DNA of 63,779 bases, counting the filler, from Deltaproteobacteria bacterium (GTDB lineage: Bacteria; JAUYMQ01), in NCBI GenBank assembly GCA_030698575.1. It is 9 parts of 9 records of this genome, joined end to end, with 100 filler letters (N's around TTAATTAATTAA, not from the genome) between each part and the next. Parts side by side here need not be neighbours in the genome. Positions count along the whole stretch, not along the records: positions 36,452 to 57,113 come from JAUYMQ010000181.1; positions 57,214 to 60,885 come from JAUYMQ010000187.1; 7 more parts are not named here. One strand, written 5' to 3'. Each line of letters starts with the position of its first letter. Positions within the stretch are counted from its first letter, which is position 1. The position numbers and the translations under genes were made by a program. Positions 50,801 to 59,477 of the stretch are shown piece after piece. The notes beneath the pieces are model-generated. The model saw only the letters and a list, made by a program, of their open reading frames with translations, had not been told where the DNA came from and made no database searches.

Positions 50801-53042
50801 GCGCCCCGGCGATCTCGCCCCGGCGGGCACCCTCTCCCGAAAGATCCGCCTCGCGGGCCAGCAGCCCGTCGAGCGCCTCCCAGCGCTCAAGTTTGCGATA
50901 AAGATCGCCGAGTGCCCGCAGGGTGTCCGGACACGCCGGTGCGAGGACGAGCGCCTCTTCCAGGCTCACCGTGGCGCCCGCGAGATCTGAAAGCCGGCTT
51001 TCGAGGACGTGCGCCCGCTCGATCAGGATCTCGGCCTTCTCGTCGTCCGCCGCGATCTCCGCGCGCCGGCCCAGCAGCTCCGCCAGCGCTTCCCACCTGC
51101 CGAGCGCCGGGTAGAGCCGCTGGAGCCCCTCGAGCGCCGGCGGGGTGGTGGAATCGATCACCAGCGCCCGCTCGTAGGCGGCCACTGCCTCTTCCGGATC
51201 GTCGCAAGCCGTTTCGTAGAGCTTGCCCGCGCGCACGAGCAGGACCAGCCTGGTCGCCGGCGCCTCCTCGATCTGGGAAGCCTTCATCACGACTGCCAGG
51301 AGCCCCTCGTCGTCGCCCAGCTTTTCGTAGAGTGCGGCCAGAGCTCTGAGCGCTCCCCGGTGTGCGGGATCGCGGGAAAGCAACGCTTCCCAGCAAGCCA
51401 GCGCCTCATCGGCCCGCGATAGCGCCGTGGCGTCCAGCGCCACGCGCTCGAGAAGAATCATTTCGCGCTCGGGATCGCGCCCCGGATTTTCGAGCGTCTC
51501 TTCACAGAGCAAGCTGAGCTCGGTCGCCGCGGCTTCCCGCTCCTCGGCGATCTCGCCACGGGCCTCGTGGATGGCCTGGAGGCGGGCGAGGACGAAGAGG
51601 TCATCTGGAAGCAGCTGGCGGGCGCTCCTGTAGGCGTCGATGGCCGTGCTTTCCTGGCCGACCGCCTCGAGGGCCTGCCCGGCCTCGCGCCAGGCCTCTC
51701 CCCGCTCGGCGTCGGGCGTGCCGGAAGGGAGCGCCCCTGCCAGCCGCAAGAGCTTTCGCGCACGATCGTGCGGGCGGCCCATCCGGTCGTAGAGATCGCA
51801 TAGCCGTTCGAGCGCGGGCGCCTGTATCGGATCGCGGGCAAGGACAGCCTCGAGTGCGGCCGCCGCCTCCTCGTCGCGGCCTCCGAGGTTCTCGAGGATC
51901 CGGGAGCGTTCGTCGCAGATCGCAATCGCCTCGGCGTCGGTCTCGAAAAATCCGGCGCGCTCCCGCAGGCCGAGAATGTGCGCCAGCGCGGAGCTCTCAC
52001 CGGCCGCTCGCGCGAGCCGCTCCGCAGCGGCGAGTGCGGCGGAATCACCGACGTGATGATCGAGGATCGATCGCCAGGCTTCCAGTGCGCGAACCGGATC
52101 GCGAAGTTGCTGCTCGAGCAGTTCCGCCCGCTCGCGGAGCGCGGCGTCGGACCCGGCCCCCCCCTCCGTGGCCGCCGCCTGAAGCGCCTCGACCAGCGAT
52201 TCCCAGCGCTCGCCCTGGCGGTAGAGGCCGATGAGCGCCACCCGACTGCGGGCGGCAAGATCGTCGGGCGGAGAAAGCGTGAAAATCCGTTCATGACAGG
52301 CGATGGCGCGTTCGATCACGCCCGGCTCACCCGCCAGGTCGTTCGCGTAAAGCGCTGCCGCGCGCTCGAGAAGCTCCGGACCTTCCGGCGAGTGCCCCGC
52401 CTCTGCTTCAAGAAGCTCCGCCAACCGCGCATGTCGCCCGAGGCGTTCGAGCAGCGCGTAGAGCGCCTGGAACGTTTCGCCACGTTGCGGATCCGTCTCG
52501 AGAGCGTGCTCGTATACGGCAACGGCCGCTTCGGTGCGGCCGAGCTGCTCCTCCAGCACCTCGGCGTGGCGGATCTGAACGGAGAGGCGATCGGCGGCGT
52601 TGTTCATCCTGGGAGCGATTTCCTCGAGTAGCGTCGCGACCTCCTCCCAGCATCCGGAGGCCTCGAGAATCCGCTCGAGCCGGTGACGCGCATCGGTGTC
52701 GCCCGCATGCTCGTTGAGAGCCTGCCGGTAAGCTCGGGCGGCATCTTCCGGCCTGGAAAGTCGCGATTCAAAAATGTGGCCCATGCGTCCGAAGATCAGC
52801 GCGCGCTCGGCCCGGTTCACGATGGCCTCGGTTCGCTGCTGATAGACGTCGAGCAATGCCTCCCAGGCTCCGGTCTTCTTCAGGCGTACTTCCACCGAGC
52901 GAAAGGCCGGCAGGCCGGCCGGGTCTTCCTGGAACAGCCGGAGGCAGCGCCGGGTTGCCTCGTCCAGCGCCGCTTCCCCGGCTGCGGCGCCTTCCCGAAC
53001 TTCCGCCGGGTCGGCCGGTTGCTTCTCGTCAAGAACGCTCAT
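44853..53042 (-). CDS. Giant TPR-repeat protein (~2730 aa), myxobacterial AgmK-like
   Basis: Uninterrupted 8.2-kb ORF with many A..Y.RAL..DP...AL..L..LY....RW..L repeats; AGGAG RBS; no signal peptide. Confidence 0.85.
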   Translation of the reverse strand: MSVLDEKQPADPAEVREGAAAGEAALDEATRRCLRLFQEDPAGLPAFRSVEVRLKKTGAWEALLDVYQQRTEAIVNRAERALIFGRMGHIFESRLSRPEDAARAYRQALNEHAGDTDARHRLERILEASGCWEEVATLLEEIAPRMNNAADRLSVQIRHAEVLEEQLGRTEAAVAVYEHALETDPQRGETFQALYALLERLGRHARLAELLEAEAGHSPEGPELLERAAALYANDLAGEPGVIERAIACHERIFTLSPPDDLAARSRVALIGLYRQGERWESLVEALQAAATEGGAGSDAALRERAELLEQQLRDPVRALEAWRSILDHHVGDSAALAAAERLARAAGESSALAHILGLRERAGFFETDAEAIAICDERSRILENLGGRDEEAAAALEAVLARDPIQAPALERLCDLYDRMGRPHDRARKLLRLAGALPSGTPDAERGEAWREAGQALEAVGQESTAIDAYRSARQLLPDDLFVLARLQAIHEARGEIAEEREAAATELSLLCEETLENPGRDPEREMILLERVALDATALSRADEALACWEALLSRDPAHRGALRALAALYEKLGDDEGLLAVVMKASQIEEAPATRLVLLVRAGKLYETACDDPEEAVAAYERALVIDSTTPPALEGLQRLYPALGRWEALAELLGRRAEIAADDEKAEILIERAHVLESRLSDLAGATVSLEEALVLAPACPDTLRALGDLYRKLERWEALDGLLAREADLSGEGARRGEIAGARAALWEGPLDNADRAVSLWEEALAASPGNDMARERLRDHYERAGRWAEVARLVEDELACSPEPRRALALHLSLGEILEERLGQGARALTHYRAVAVARPGDPAVQQQLHRALAKSEAWDELVGLLREEADRQREVAPYTWGDALVEIAHIQETALDEAAGAESTLREVIAAVPEHTEAQARLFRRLEARGDLEGLSGLIESSLAVAEEPEQRIALAREAFRVALASEGAEAAGHARTIDVCKQIVDLGAESDDVLAVMGTRLEAAGRYNELLDALSRRLSLAEGTEAQMDVTLQLATLWEERFHRPDQALILYRQARQIDPASLPSLRAMARLCEDERRWEELLGVLETLAREESGQHLRAAATYRAAVILHTKFGRDHDAMGELERALELDPSNEDARDLLERLAVTHHRHRTLARILRERIEVLPVPEEGGRRAADCERLGDLLADHLKESAEAADAYRQALAASEGVASRCRVALKLEALWTRLGDRRSLADLYPDLLKDVGEPSDPMGCREAAGIWARYGDYLSAEPDSGGHNAAAAEAYGRACDLDPEGALRFKERRHLLERMGAHDALGAHLENRAARIRSGVEAVDLRAAAGAAWEATDRIDLAEQAYRRALDDGAGAPGGHAAHAALARILNLQGRKEDLAALCERRILLATSLDEERSLRLQAAGALRELPGRSARALAHYRRALDLGAPEAELLRAIADLSLLKGDGAGAVEALEIYLELPPPRDELTFVLSTLARLWEESLGRTGRAAEYCKMWIEADPGSGDAKDRLERLLEARSEWRSLTDLIETRVSGRGAGVTARLRVLARLCETRLKDPHRALGAWMRILAIEPDTPDALNAVAESAPALGRWRDGAAAIERLIAGTPDPARRVRLRQRQADLLAPHPAERPRAIEHLYALLDEGATPEQGANARPALLELLEREGRFEEARRLLEEMIEIAAEDEKPSLYAALGELAEARLWRFDEAVAAYQAWLSREPAAVECMHRLQSLYRRLARWHDLAAMLRCERETPVDDERLLSLSLDLAVIEEEHLGALAAAAAEYERALALVPDHLGALRKQQDLYRALEDHEALHRSLGRELSLDPSQAREGEICLERARLEAGPVGRPEDAIQSYERAVVPGTDAAPVLDELAALHARLGRLEDHLNALGRLAEITSDANARSEVLARMAGACEQAGDPARAIAFLEDAVSINPGMAAGLASLRRLYEGEGDFEGAAASLERLLNGMPVGRGAAALAADLGVICQDKLHDLERAEACYERAIALDSGCNEALARFGEIKHQRGDHESACAHLSRALALDGDGRGRRRTAGLALMLGLSHSQLGESDAAVRALTKAVRLAPALTDAWQALGGLYLQAGEWASARDAHTRVANAQGIASDERTAALHGIARAEQALGRPETGLVAAEGALGAEPDRYDLRLLRAELMTSLGRGVEAATAWREAAMAAPSDELRAEALYHGAEILDAIDGQKPRAYGWLREALSAHPDHTDSLRRLADHALASSSWREAGAYLESLAGLREDARDQSDLGRVWWEGFGEEQNALGCLRRSIELPGDGLAAVELAVAICEARENWPRLAGFIEAYFERVEPCEAHLPLLSRLADVYADRLYEPEGAARSLRALMALEPGNAKLKERLAEILSGSADTYGEAAVVYRSLIEQEPLRASAWRGLGGIYWFQRRTGGCRDVAAIHRLLGGETSPVWESPASEAPAERDFLPWRDRFQQRGPFREALDAPLDLAPLIEALQGGWSLLLPDAPAGAGPAALGERAQTLGEVLRQWGLLELPVLALPSPGEPLVVLGGERIAIGAREEEISRLAGSVWRYLCHRVAARIALEQGPAGCGAPSLRVALAALRKAAGLDRGPQGMKRETGAGVAGTAVTWKNRRRVRKVLAELESLDDEALACLAAAHARTADRAALIAGRDPGGALFGVASREQGLSEIDPDRDSISAALAASRAARGLLAFISEEIYLDTVEAAP

Positions 53043-53402
53043 GCATGCTCCTGGCCCGGGCCCGCCCACGTGTCGACCTGGTGCTGGTCCGGTATGTCTT
53101 CAATCGACGAAGGGGAAAGATGGCCGCCCGCCGGCGCGGGGTTGCCGCGCCGCGGGTCAAGGGTTGCGCTGGACCTATCGCTGGTTGGAGCGGTGCCCGC
53201 GTCCAGGTCGAATTTCACCCGGGGCGAAGCCCCCCCCGTCGAAGGCCCATCCATCTGATCTTTTCGGCACAGCGCGGGGACGCTTTAAGGGAAAAGGGGT
53301 GGAGCGCGGAGGAGGGGCGCGGAAAGGGGGCCGCGCCCCCTGATTCACTGGAGAGGGCAGCGCCGGGGGGCGCGGGGAGGCCACCACCCGCGGGAATGAG
53401 GG

Positions 53403-53418
53403 AGCAAGAAACGTGCCG
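53403..53418 (-). promoter_or_regulatory. sigma54 promoter candidate facing the giant TPR gene
   Basis: Minus strand CGGCAC-GTTTC-TTGCT. Confidence 0.6.
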
Positions 53419-53537
53419 TGAGGGCGGGGCGCGGGAAGCCCGCGGCAGCCGCCAGGCGTCGAAACTCAGTGGCGGAGATCGCCCGAAAGGACGGACGCTC
53501 GGAATGCCGGAACCTGTGGACGGTGGGCGCCGCGGAT

Positions 53538-54341
53538 CTAGCTACACTCCCAGGTATCGCTGCTGCGCTCGTAGTTGCAGTTGATGTAGCTCGCCGCCTC
53601 GAAGCTCACCGCAAACTGCCTGGTCCCCTTCTTGGTGTAGATGTAGTCCTCCCGATCACTCCATCCCTCCGGCACATCCGTCTCCGGAATAGCTCGGAAG
53701 TAGCCGGGCACGAGATCCTGGAGCGTCTCGGGGAGCATCTTGTTCTCGGTCTGGTAATGCTTGATGGCATAGACCACTTCACGCCCGCGGTCGAGTGAGC
53801 GTTGCACCTCGGCGTCGCTCTTGAGAGTGCCCGTGGAGAGGCTCAGCATGAGCAGCGCGACCGCCACGCCGAAATAGGCCATAAGCCGATCGCGGCTGGT
53901 CCACGACTGATCCCGGCGAATGATCGCATGCCGAATGCAGAGGTAGAGCAGCACGGGAGAGGCCAGCCAGAAAGCACTCAGCGAGAGGCCCCCGAAGAGC
54001 GAGAGGTGCTGCCGGGTCATGCTCCAGAATATGAGGCAGGGGATCGCGACGAGCAGGAGAAACAGTCCGATGGCAGGGAGCTGCCCTCGCAGCCGGCCCG
54101 CTCGAGAGAGCGCAATCAGTAAACCGAGGGCGAAGAGGAGACCCAGAACGGTGCTGGAGTGCCAGAGGGCGAGCAGGGTGCCAACCGCGGAGACGAAGAC
54201 CGTCCCGAGAATCTCGGCGGCATCAAGCTTGTGTAAGTAATAGCGGAAGCCGCCCTCCTCCCGGAGGATATTGAGCACGACCGCAATCCCGAAGATCGAG
54301 GAAACCACTGCGATGAACCAGCGGGCTTCCACCTTCTTCAT
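53538..54341 (-). CDS. Hypothetical multi-pass membrane protein with a C-terminal pseudopilin-like segment
   Basis: 5-6 TMs, then AIKHYQTENKMLPETLQDLVPGY. Confidence 0.6.
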   Translation of the reverse strand: MKKVEARWFIAVVSSIFGIAVVLNILREEGGFRYYLHKLDAAEILGTVFVSAVGTLLALWHSSTVLGLLFALGLLIALSRAGRLRGQLPAIGLFLLLVAIPCLIFWSMTRQHLSLFGGLSLSAFWLASPVLLYLCIRHAIIRRDQSWTSRDRLMAYFGVAVALLMLSLSTGTLKSDAEVQRSLDRGREVVYAIKHYQTENKMLPETLQDLVPGYFRAIPETDVPEGWSDREDYIYTKKGTRQFAVSFEAASYINCNYERSSDTWECS

Positions 54342-54451
54342 CTCAATCCTTTCCGGGCTCCCGGCCCTGCAAATCCCCAGCCTGACCGCATTTCGAGTTT
54401 ATCCGAACCGACGCTGGATAGAAAGATCGTGAAAGGAGACCGACCGCCCGG

Positions 54452-55783
54452 TCAGGAAGCCTGTCCGGCACGGAGCGGGCTTCGCGCGCACCGCCCGTCT
54501 TCGAGCAGGCGAAATCCGCGAAGCCCCTCGCCGGCAGCAAGCCTCCTCAGGCGGTCGCGAACCCAATCCCGCATCGCGAAGGGGCTCACGGGATGGATGT
54601 AGAGATCCGTCCCCCCTTCGAAACCGGACGGGTTGTTGATGCGCCAGCGGACGAGCACGCGCCAGGGGATCGGCGCGTCGCAGTCCCGCGGCGCATAGAA
54701 CCAGTCCTCGTTTGAGGGAACTTCGCTGCCGCGTGCGCGGTGAGCCGCGTGAATAAGGTCGGACATCCCCCGGACTTCCTCCTCGCTCTGCTCCCAGGGG
54801 CGCATCGTCGCGCTTCTGGAATAGATGCCGAGGGTGGGATGCCGGTGTCCGATGTCGACCAGCAAGACCGCGTGGTCGTTCTCCGCCAGTACGAGCCCAT
54901 GCCCGGAAGCCTGGTCGATGATCGCCTCGTTGTAGATCCCGGGGCGGCTTCGCGCGAGCCGGGCCTCCCGCTCGAGAATCACGCCCCAGCCGTCGAACCC
55001 CACCAGCTGCTTGTGCAGGTGATCGAAGGAAGCGCCGCCGGCGTGGAGCCAGTTCTGGAAAGTCATCACGTACCGGACGTTCGGATTCTGGACGTGGAGA
55101 TCCTCGATGGCCCTGATGGCGAAGCCGACGTAGGCCGCGTGCTCAGCTTGCGAGAGATCGCCCGCCCCGAGCGGCGCTGCGCCGGCCGCCGATCCCTCCG
55201 CGAAATGGCGCCCCGTTATGACGAGATCGTGGCTTCCCCCGAAAAGCCCCTCGGTCAGCAGCGCACGCTCTTCTACCGGGAGGCGCGCCAGGTCCTCCTC
55301 CGGGCGCCCCTCTCTGGCGAGTTTCGCCGCGAGGAGCGCGTCGACATGGGCCTTCCCCGCGGAGTCGGAAAGGTAGGCGCGCATCCGTGCGCCGTCCCGC
55401 TCCGAGATCCTGTAGCCGTGGTTCGCCACCCAGTAGTCGTAAGGAACCACCTCGAACAGGTTGGCCACACGCCGGAAGGCGGCCCGGCTTTCCCCGAGCG
55501 CCGGCGCGCCCACGCCCTCCACCAGGCGGAAGCCATCCCCCGCGGCCACGAGCCGCTCCTTCTCCGGCGGCGTGCGCAGGTTATTGGCCTCGCAGAACTC
55601 GCAGCGCATCTCGACTTCGCGCCGATCCACCGCCTGCTGCGGGCGCCCGGGGGCGTTGGTGATGGGGCGGGACGCGCGTGCGGGAATGAACCAGCTTCCG
55701 AGCCCGCTCACCGGGTTCGTCATGCGGATCGTGCCGTCGCGCATAACCCGCAGGAACCCATCCGATCGATCAGGCTGTTCCAT
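54452..55783 (-). CDS. DUF4921-like protein (GalT/HIT-like fold)
   Basis: DGTIRMTNP, CEFC, TPPEK, NLFE, FQNW...GASFDHLHKQ, GFEGGT. Confidence 0.75.
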   Translation of the reverse strand: MEQPDRSDGFLRVMRDGTIRMTNPVSGLGSWFIPARASRPITNAPGRPQQAVDRREVEMRCEFCEANNLRTPPEKERLVAAGDGFRLVEGVGAPALGESRAAFRRVANLFEVVPYDYWVANHGYRISERDGARMRAYLSDSAGKAHVDALLAAKLAREGRPEEDLARLPVEERALLTEGLFGGSHDLVITGRHFAEGSAAGAAPLGAGDLSQAEHAAYVGFAIRAIEDLHVQNPNVRYVMTFQNWLHAGGASFDHLHKQLVGFDGWGVILEREARLARSRPGIYNEAIIDQASGHGLVLAENDHAVLLVDIGHRHPTLGIYSRSATMRPWEQSEEEVRGMSDLIHAAHRARGSEVPSNEDWFYAPRDCDAPIPWRVLVRWRINNPSGFEGGTDLYIHPVSPFAMRDWVRDRLRRLAAGEGLRGFRLLEDGRCARSPLRAGQAS

Positions 55784-55819
55784 TCTCCCCCGCCCTCCCC
55801 AAATCACCGCCGCCGCGCA

Positions 55820-57112
55820 TCAGCCGAGCAGAATGATGGCCAGATCCATCACGTTCGTCATGGTGGGCCCGGTTACGAGGAGCCCCCCCGCGCGCTCGAA
55901 GAAGCTGTAACTGTCGTTCTCGTCGAGAAAGGCGCGCGGGTCAACCCCCAGCCTCCGCGCGCGCGCCGCTGTCTCGCCAGTCACGATGGCGCCCGCCGCG
56001 TCGGTGGCACCGTCGGTGCCGTCGGTCCCGGCGAAGAGCCCGACCGCACCCGGCAGGCCCTCGATCCCCAGCGCGAAGGCCAGGGCGAACTCGGTGTTGC
56101 GCCCTCCCCTGCCGTTTCCCCGGACCGTCACCGTCGTCTCGCCTCCCAGGATGAAACCCAGGGGCTCCGCACCGGACGGCCGGCCCTGACTGACGTCGCG
56201 CACCTCCCGCGCAAGGACGGCGGCCGTATCCCGCGCCTCCCCCTCCAGAGCACCGTTACGGATCCACGCTTCGTAGCCGCGCACCCGCGCCGCGGCTTCC
56301 ACCGCTTCGAGCGCATCGCGGTTGCTTCCCACGATGAAATTCTGAACGCCGTCGAGATCGCGATCGCCCGGCTTCGGTGTTTCCGGATGCCGGCCGGCCG
56401 CGCCGGCTTCGAGGTAAGCGCGAGGGCCCCGGGGCAGACGTCCCTCGGGGTCGTAGCGGGACAGCAGCGACAGCGCCTCGTCGTAGGTCGATGGATCGGC
56501 CGCCGTGGGCCCCGAGGCGATGACGTCCAGGGGATCCCCCACGACGTCCGAGAGAATGAGCGCAAGCACCCGCGCAGGCGCGGCCGCCTGCGCGAGCCGT
56601 CCCCCCTTGATGGCGGAAAGGTGCTTTCTGACGCTGTTCAAATCTTGTATGGGCGCCCCTGCGCGCAGAAGGTGGTTGGTCACTGCGCGCTTCTCCTCCA
56701 GCGTGACCCCTCCGGCCGGCAGCGCGAGCAGCGCCGATGCACCGCCTGAGAGCAGGACAATCAGGAGATCGTCCGACCCGGCCGACTGCGCGATGGCGAG
56801 AACTTCGCGCGCCGCGGCCTCACCCCGTGCGTCCGGCACGGGGTGCCCGGCCTCGCGCACCTCGATCTTCCGCGTCGGAACGGTGTGCCGATCCTTCACC
56901 ACGACCAGACCCCGGCTGACGCGATCCCCGAGCAAGCCCTCGAGCGCCGCCGCCATGGGCGCCGCGGCCTTGCCGCCGCCCACGACAAAGGTGCTTCCGC
57001 CGCCGAGCGAATACGCATTCCCGCCGGCCCGCAATACGCCTCCTTCGAAATGGACATGACGCCGCAACGCCTCGCCCGCATCGACTGCAGCCAGACCGGC
57101 CTGAAACAGCGC
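55820..57112 (-). CDS. Glycerate kinase type 2 (MOFRL family), 5' truncated
   Basis: GGGKAA, AGHPVPD, SGGASAL, KGGRL, SDVVGD, IASGP, GGET, GGRN, TDGTDG, TNVMD. Confidence 0.93.
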   Translation of the reverse strand, partial: ALFQAGLAAVDAGEALRRHVHFEGGVLRAGGNAYSLGGGSTFVVGGGKAAAPMAAALEGLLGDRVSRGLVVVKDRHTVPTRKIEVREAGHPVPDARGEAAAREVLAIAQSAGSDDLLIVLLSGGASALLALPAGGVTLEEKRAVTNHLLRAGAPIQDLNSVRKHLSAIKGGRLAQAAAPARVLALILSDVVGDPLDVIASGPTAADPSTYDEALSLLSRYDPEGRLPRGPRAYLEAGAAGRHPETPKPGDRDLDGVQNFIVGSNRDALEAVEAAARVRGYEAWIRNGALEGEARDTAAVLAREVRDVSQGRPSGAEPLGFILGGETTVTVRGNGRGGRNTEFALAFALGIEGLPGAVGLFAGTDGTDGATDAAGAIVTGETAARARRLGVDPRAFLDENDSYSFFERAGGLLVTGPTMTNVMDLAIILLG

Positions 57113-57214
57113 CNNNNNNNNNNNNNNNNNNNNNNNNNNNNNNNNNNNNNNNNNNNNTTAATTAATTAANNNNNNNNNNNNNNNNNNNNNNNNNNNNNNN
57201 NNNNNNNNNNNNNC

Positions 57215-57346
57215 TCCACCAGCGTCCACTACCTGGTAGCGGCCGCAGCGTATTTTGCTAGCGGCCAGTGGGGGATGGGGACCGCGTTCCTGGGCTACAT
57301 GGCGGCCAACTTCGGCTTCATCTACGCCGCGTACGAGATCCGATGA
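57215..57346 (+). CDS. Small hydrophobic phage protein, 5' truncated
   Basis: ...YLVAAAAYFASGQWGMGTAFLGYMAANFGFIYAAYEIR-TGA; overlaps the next ATG. Confidence 0.55.
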   Translation, partial: STSVHYLVAAAAYFASGQWGMGTAFLGYMAANFGFIYAAYEIR

Positions 57347-57675
57347 AACGGCCCGCACGCATCCGGGTTCTCGGCAAGCAGTTCGTCGTCTCCTTCGTTA
57401 CGAGCGATGCGGCGGGATTGCGCGACAGCCCCGACGACAACGACCCCGGCATGGGGCGCTGCGACCCCGAGACGCAATCAATCTTCATCCGGGAGGGGCA
57501 GCCGATCGAGTCGGAGCAGGACACCGTACTCCACGAAGTCCTACACGCTGTCGAGAATGCGATGGGGCTAGAGGTGGATGAGGAACGCGTCACCCGTCTC
57601 GCTACCGGGCTGCTGGCGGTCATCCGCGACAACCCGGGTTTCGTACGCTACCTCGCAACCAAAGGAAAGAAATAA
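57343..57675 (+). CDS. Phage HExxH (zincin-like) protein
   Basis: MKRPARIRVLGK...GRCD...DTVLHEVLHA. Confidence 0.75.
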   Translation: MKRPARIRVLGKQFVVSFVTSDAAGLRDSPDDNDPGMGRCDPETQSIFIREGQPIESEQDTVLHEVLHAVENAMGLEVDEERVTRLATGLLAVIRDNPGFVRYLATKGKK

Positions 57676-58896
57676 ATGTCGGCACCCAAACTCAGCAACA
57701 TCCTTGCGCAGCAGGCGGTCGACGCGGTCGCGCAATTCGGCTCATCCGGCAAGGCGGCCGAGGTGCTCAGGGTACCGGCGGAGACGGTACGTGCCCGGCG
57801 GCGCGAGGGCGCGGCACGCGGCCTGAAGCCGAGCGGCAACCGCATTATCTCGCCGGAGGACTCGCTCAAGCGCCAGGTCACGAGGCTCGAGAGCGACCTC
57901 CGGTCCGCGACACAGAAGTCGATCGACGAGGAGTCGATCCGGCGCCACATCATCAAGCTCGCCGACAGCGCGACGCGGCTAGAGACCCCGGAGTGGGTGA
58001 TCGAGCCGGCCGGGCGCGCCTCCTCGCCGGGTGTGCCGACGCTCTTTTTCTCAGACCTGCATTGGGGTGAGGTCGTGCAGCCCTCCCAGATCAACGGCGT
58101 CAACCAGTACAACCTCAAGATCGCGAAGACTCGCCTGCACAATTGCTTCGGGTCTGCCGTGAAGCTGCTGCGCATCATCAGCCCGAAGATGGACTACCCC
58201 GGCCTGGTGATGCCTCTCGGCGGGGATCTTGTGAGCGGTAACATTCACGACGAGCTTACCGCAACGAACGAGTTGAACACTATGCCTACGGTGCTCGACC
58301 TGTACGGCGAGCTCGTGGCGCTGATCACTGCGGCCGCAGACACCTTCGGGCGCGTGTTCGTGCCTGCGGTGAGCGGCAACCACGGCCGCGACACGCACAA
58401 GATTTGGAGCAAAGACCGGCACGCGACTAGCTTCGACTGGCTGCTCTGCTGCCTCCTTGCGAAGCGCTTCGAGGGCGACAAGCGCGTTACCTTCCACATC
58501 CCGGACGGGCCCGACGCCTACTACCGCATCTACAACCACCGGTACCTACTCACACACGGAGACCAGTTCAGAGGGGGAGACGGGTTAATAGGGGCGCTCG
58601 GGCCGATCGTACGCGGCGACCACAAAAAGCGGTCGCGCAACGCGCAGATTGACATGGAATACGACACGATGATTTGCGGTCACTGGCACCAGTATGTCCA
58701 TCTGACCAGACTGATCGTGAACGGGAGTTTGAAAGGTCTGGATGAGTACGCGTACTCGAACAATTTTCCGTTCGAACAGCCGCAGCAGGCGCTCTGGCTC
58801 ACGCATCAAAAATACGGAATAACGTACCGGATGCCTGTTTTGGTTGAGCGGCAGCGGCCCGCGGCGAAGACGTCTTGGGTTGCAATCGCAGCATGA
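57676..58896 (+). CDS. Calcineurin-like metallophosphoesterase with N-terminal HTH (phage type)
   Basis: SDLHWGE, GGDLVSG, SGNHGR, THGD, GHWH; N-terminal AAEVLRVPAETVRAR. Confidence 0.85.
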   Translation: MSAPKLSNILAQQAVDAVAQFGSSGKAAEVLRVPAETVRARRREGAARGLKPSGNRIISPEDSLKRQVTRLESDLRSATQKSIDEESIRRHIIKLADSATRLETPEWVIEPAGRASSPGVPTLFFSDLHWGEVVQPSQINGVNQYNLKIAKTRLHNCFGSAVKLLRIISPKMDYPGLVMPLGGDLVSGNIHDELTATNELNTMPTVLDLYGELVALITAAADTFGRVFVPAVSGNHGRDTHKIWSKDRHATSFDWLLCCLLAKRFEGDKRVTFHIPDGPDAYYRIYNHRYLLTHGDQFRGGDGLIGALGPIVRGDHKKRSRNAQIDMEYDTMICGHWHQYVHLTRLIVNGSLKGLDEYAYSNNFPFEQPQQALWLTHQKYGITYRMPVLVERQRPAAKTSWVAIAA

Positions 58897-59477
58897 AGAC
58901 GTGCTGCGAATGCGGGATCGCTAAACCCTTCAGCGAATTTAGGGTGCGCACCAAGACATACGCGCCGACAGGTGCGGTTTCGCAGTACTACAGTTCGGAA
59001 TGTAAGGCGTGCGCGCTAGCAACGCTTCTGGACTGGAAGAAGCGCAACCCGGTCGATAAATCAGGGGCTGAACGAACACGTCGCTATCGCGTACGGGTTG
59101 GAGGGGACGAGATGCGACGCAGAGCGCGAGCAGCGTACGCCGCAAAACCAGAAATACACAGAACGAAATCCCTCCGGTTCAATACAGACAACCCGGAAAA
59201 ACACGCGGCCGCAGCTGCCCGCTATCGCAGCGCTGTTACGCGCGGAGCGCCGGCCTGGGCCAACTCTTTTTTCATCGAGGAGATCTACGACCTCGCCCGC
59301 CGGCGTACAGAGGCAACCGGGTACGAGTGGCACGTCGACCACATCGTCCCGCTCCGGTCGAAGACCGTCTGTGGGTTGCACGTCGAGCACAACCTGCGGG
59401 TGATCCCGAAGGCGGTCAATCTTTCTAAAGGCAACCGGCACTGGCCCGATATGCCCGACCAGGCGGTGGCGGCATGA
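58893..59477 (+). CDS. HNH endonuclease
   Basis: N-terminal CCEC/ECKAC; WHVDHIVPL, VCGLHVEHNL, NLSKGN. Confidence 0.9.
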   Translation: MKTCCECGIAKPFSEFRVRTKTYAPTGAVSQYYSSECKACALATLLDWKKRNPVDKSGAERTRRYRVRVGGDEMRRRARAAYAAKPEIHRTKSLRFNTDNPEKHAAAAARYRSAVTRGAPAWANSFFIEEIYDLARRRTEATGYEWHVDHIVPLRSKTVCGLHVEHNLRVIPKAVNLSKGNRHWPDMPDQAVAA

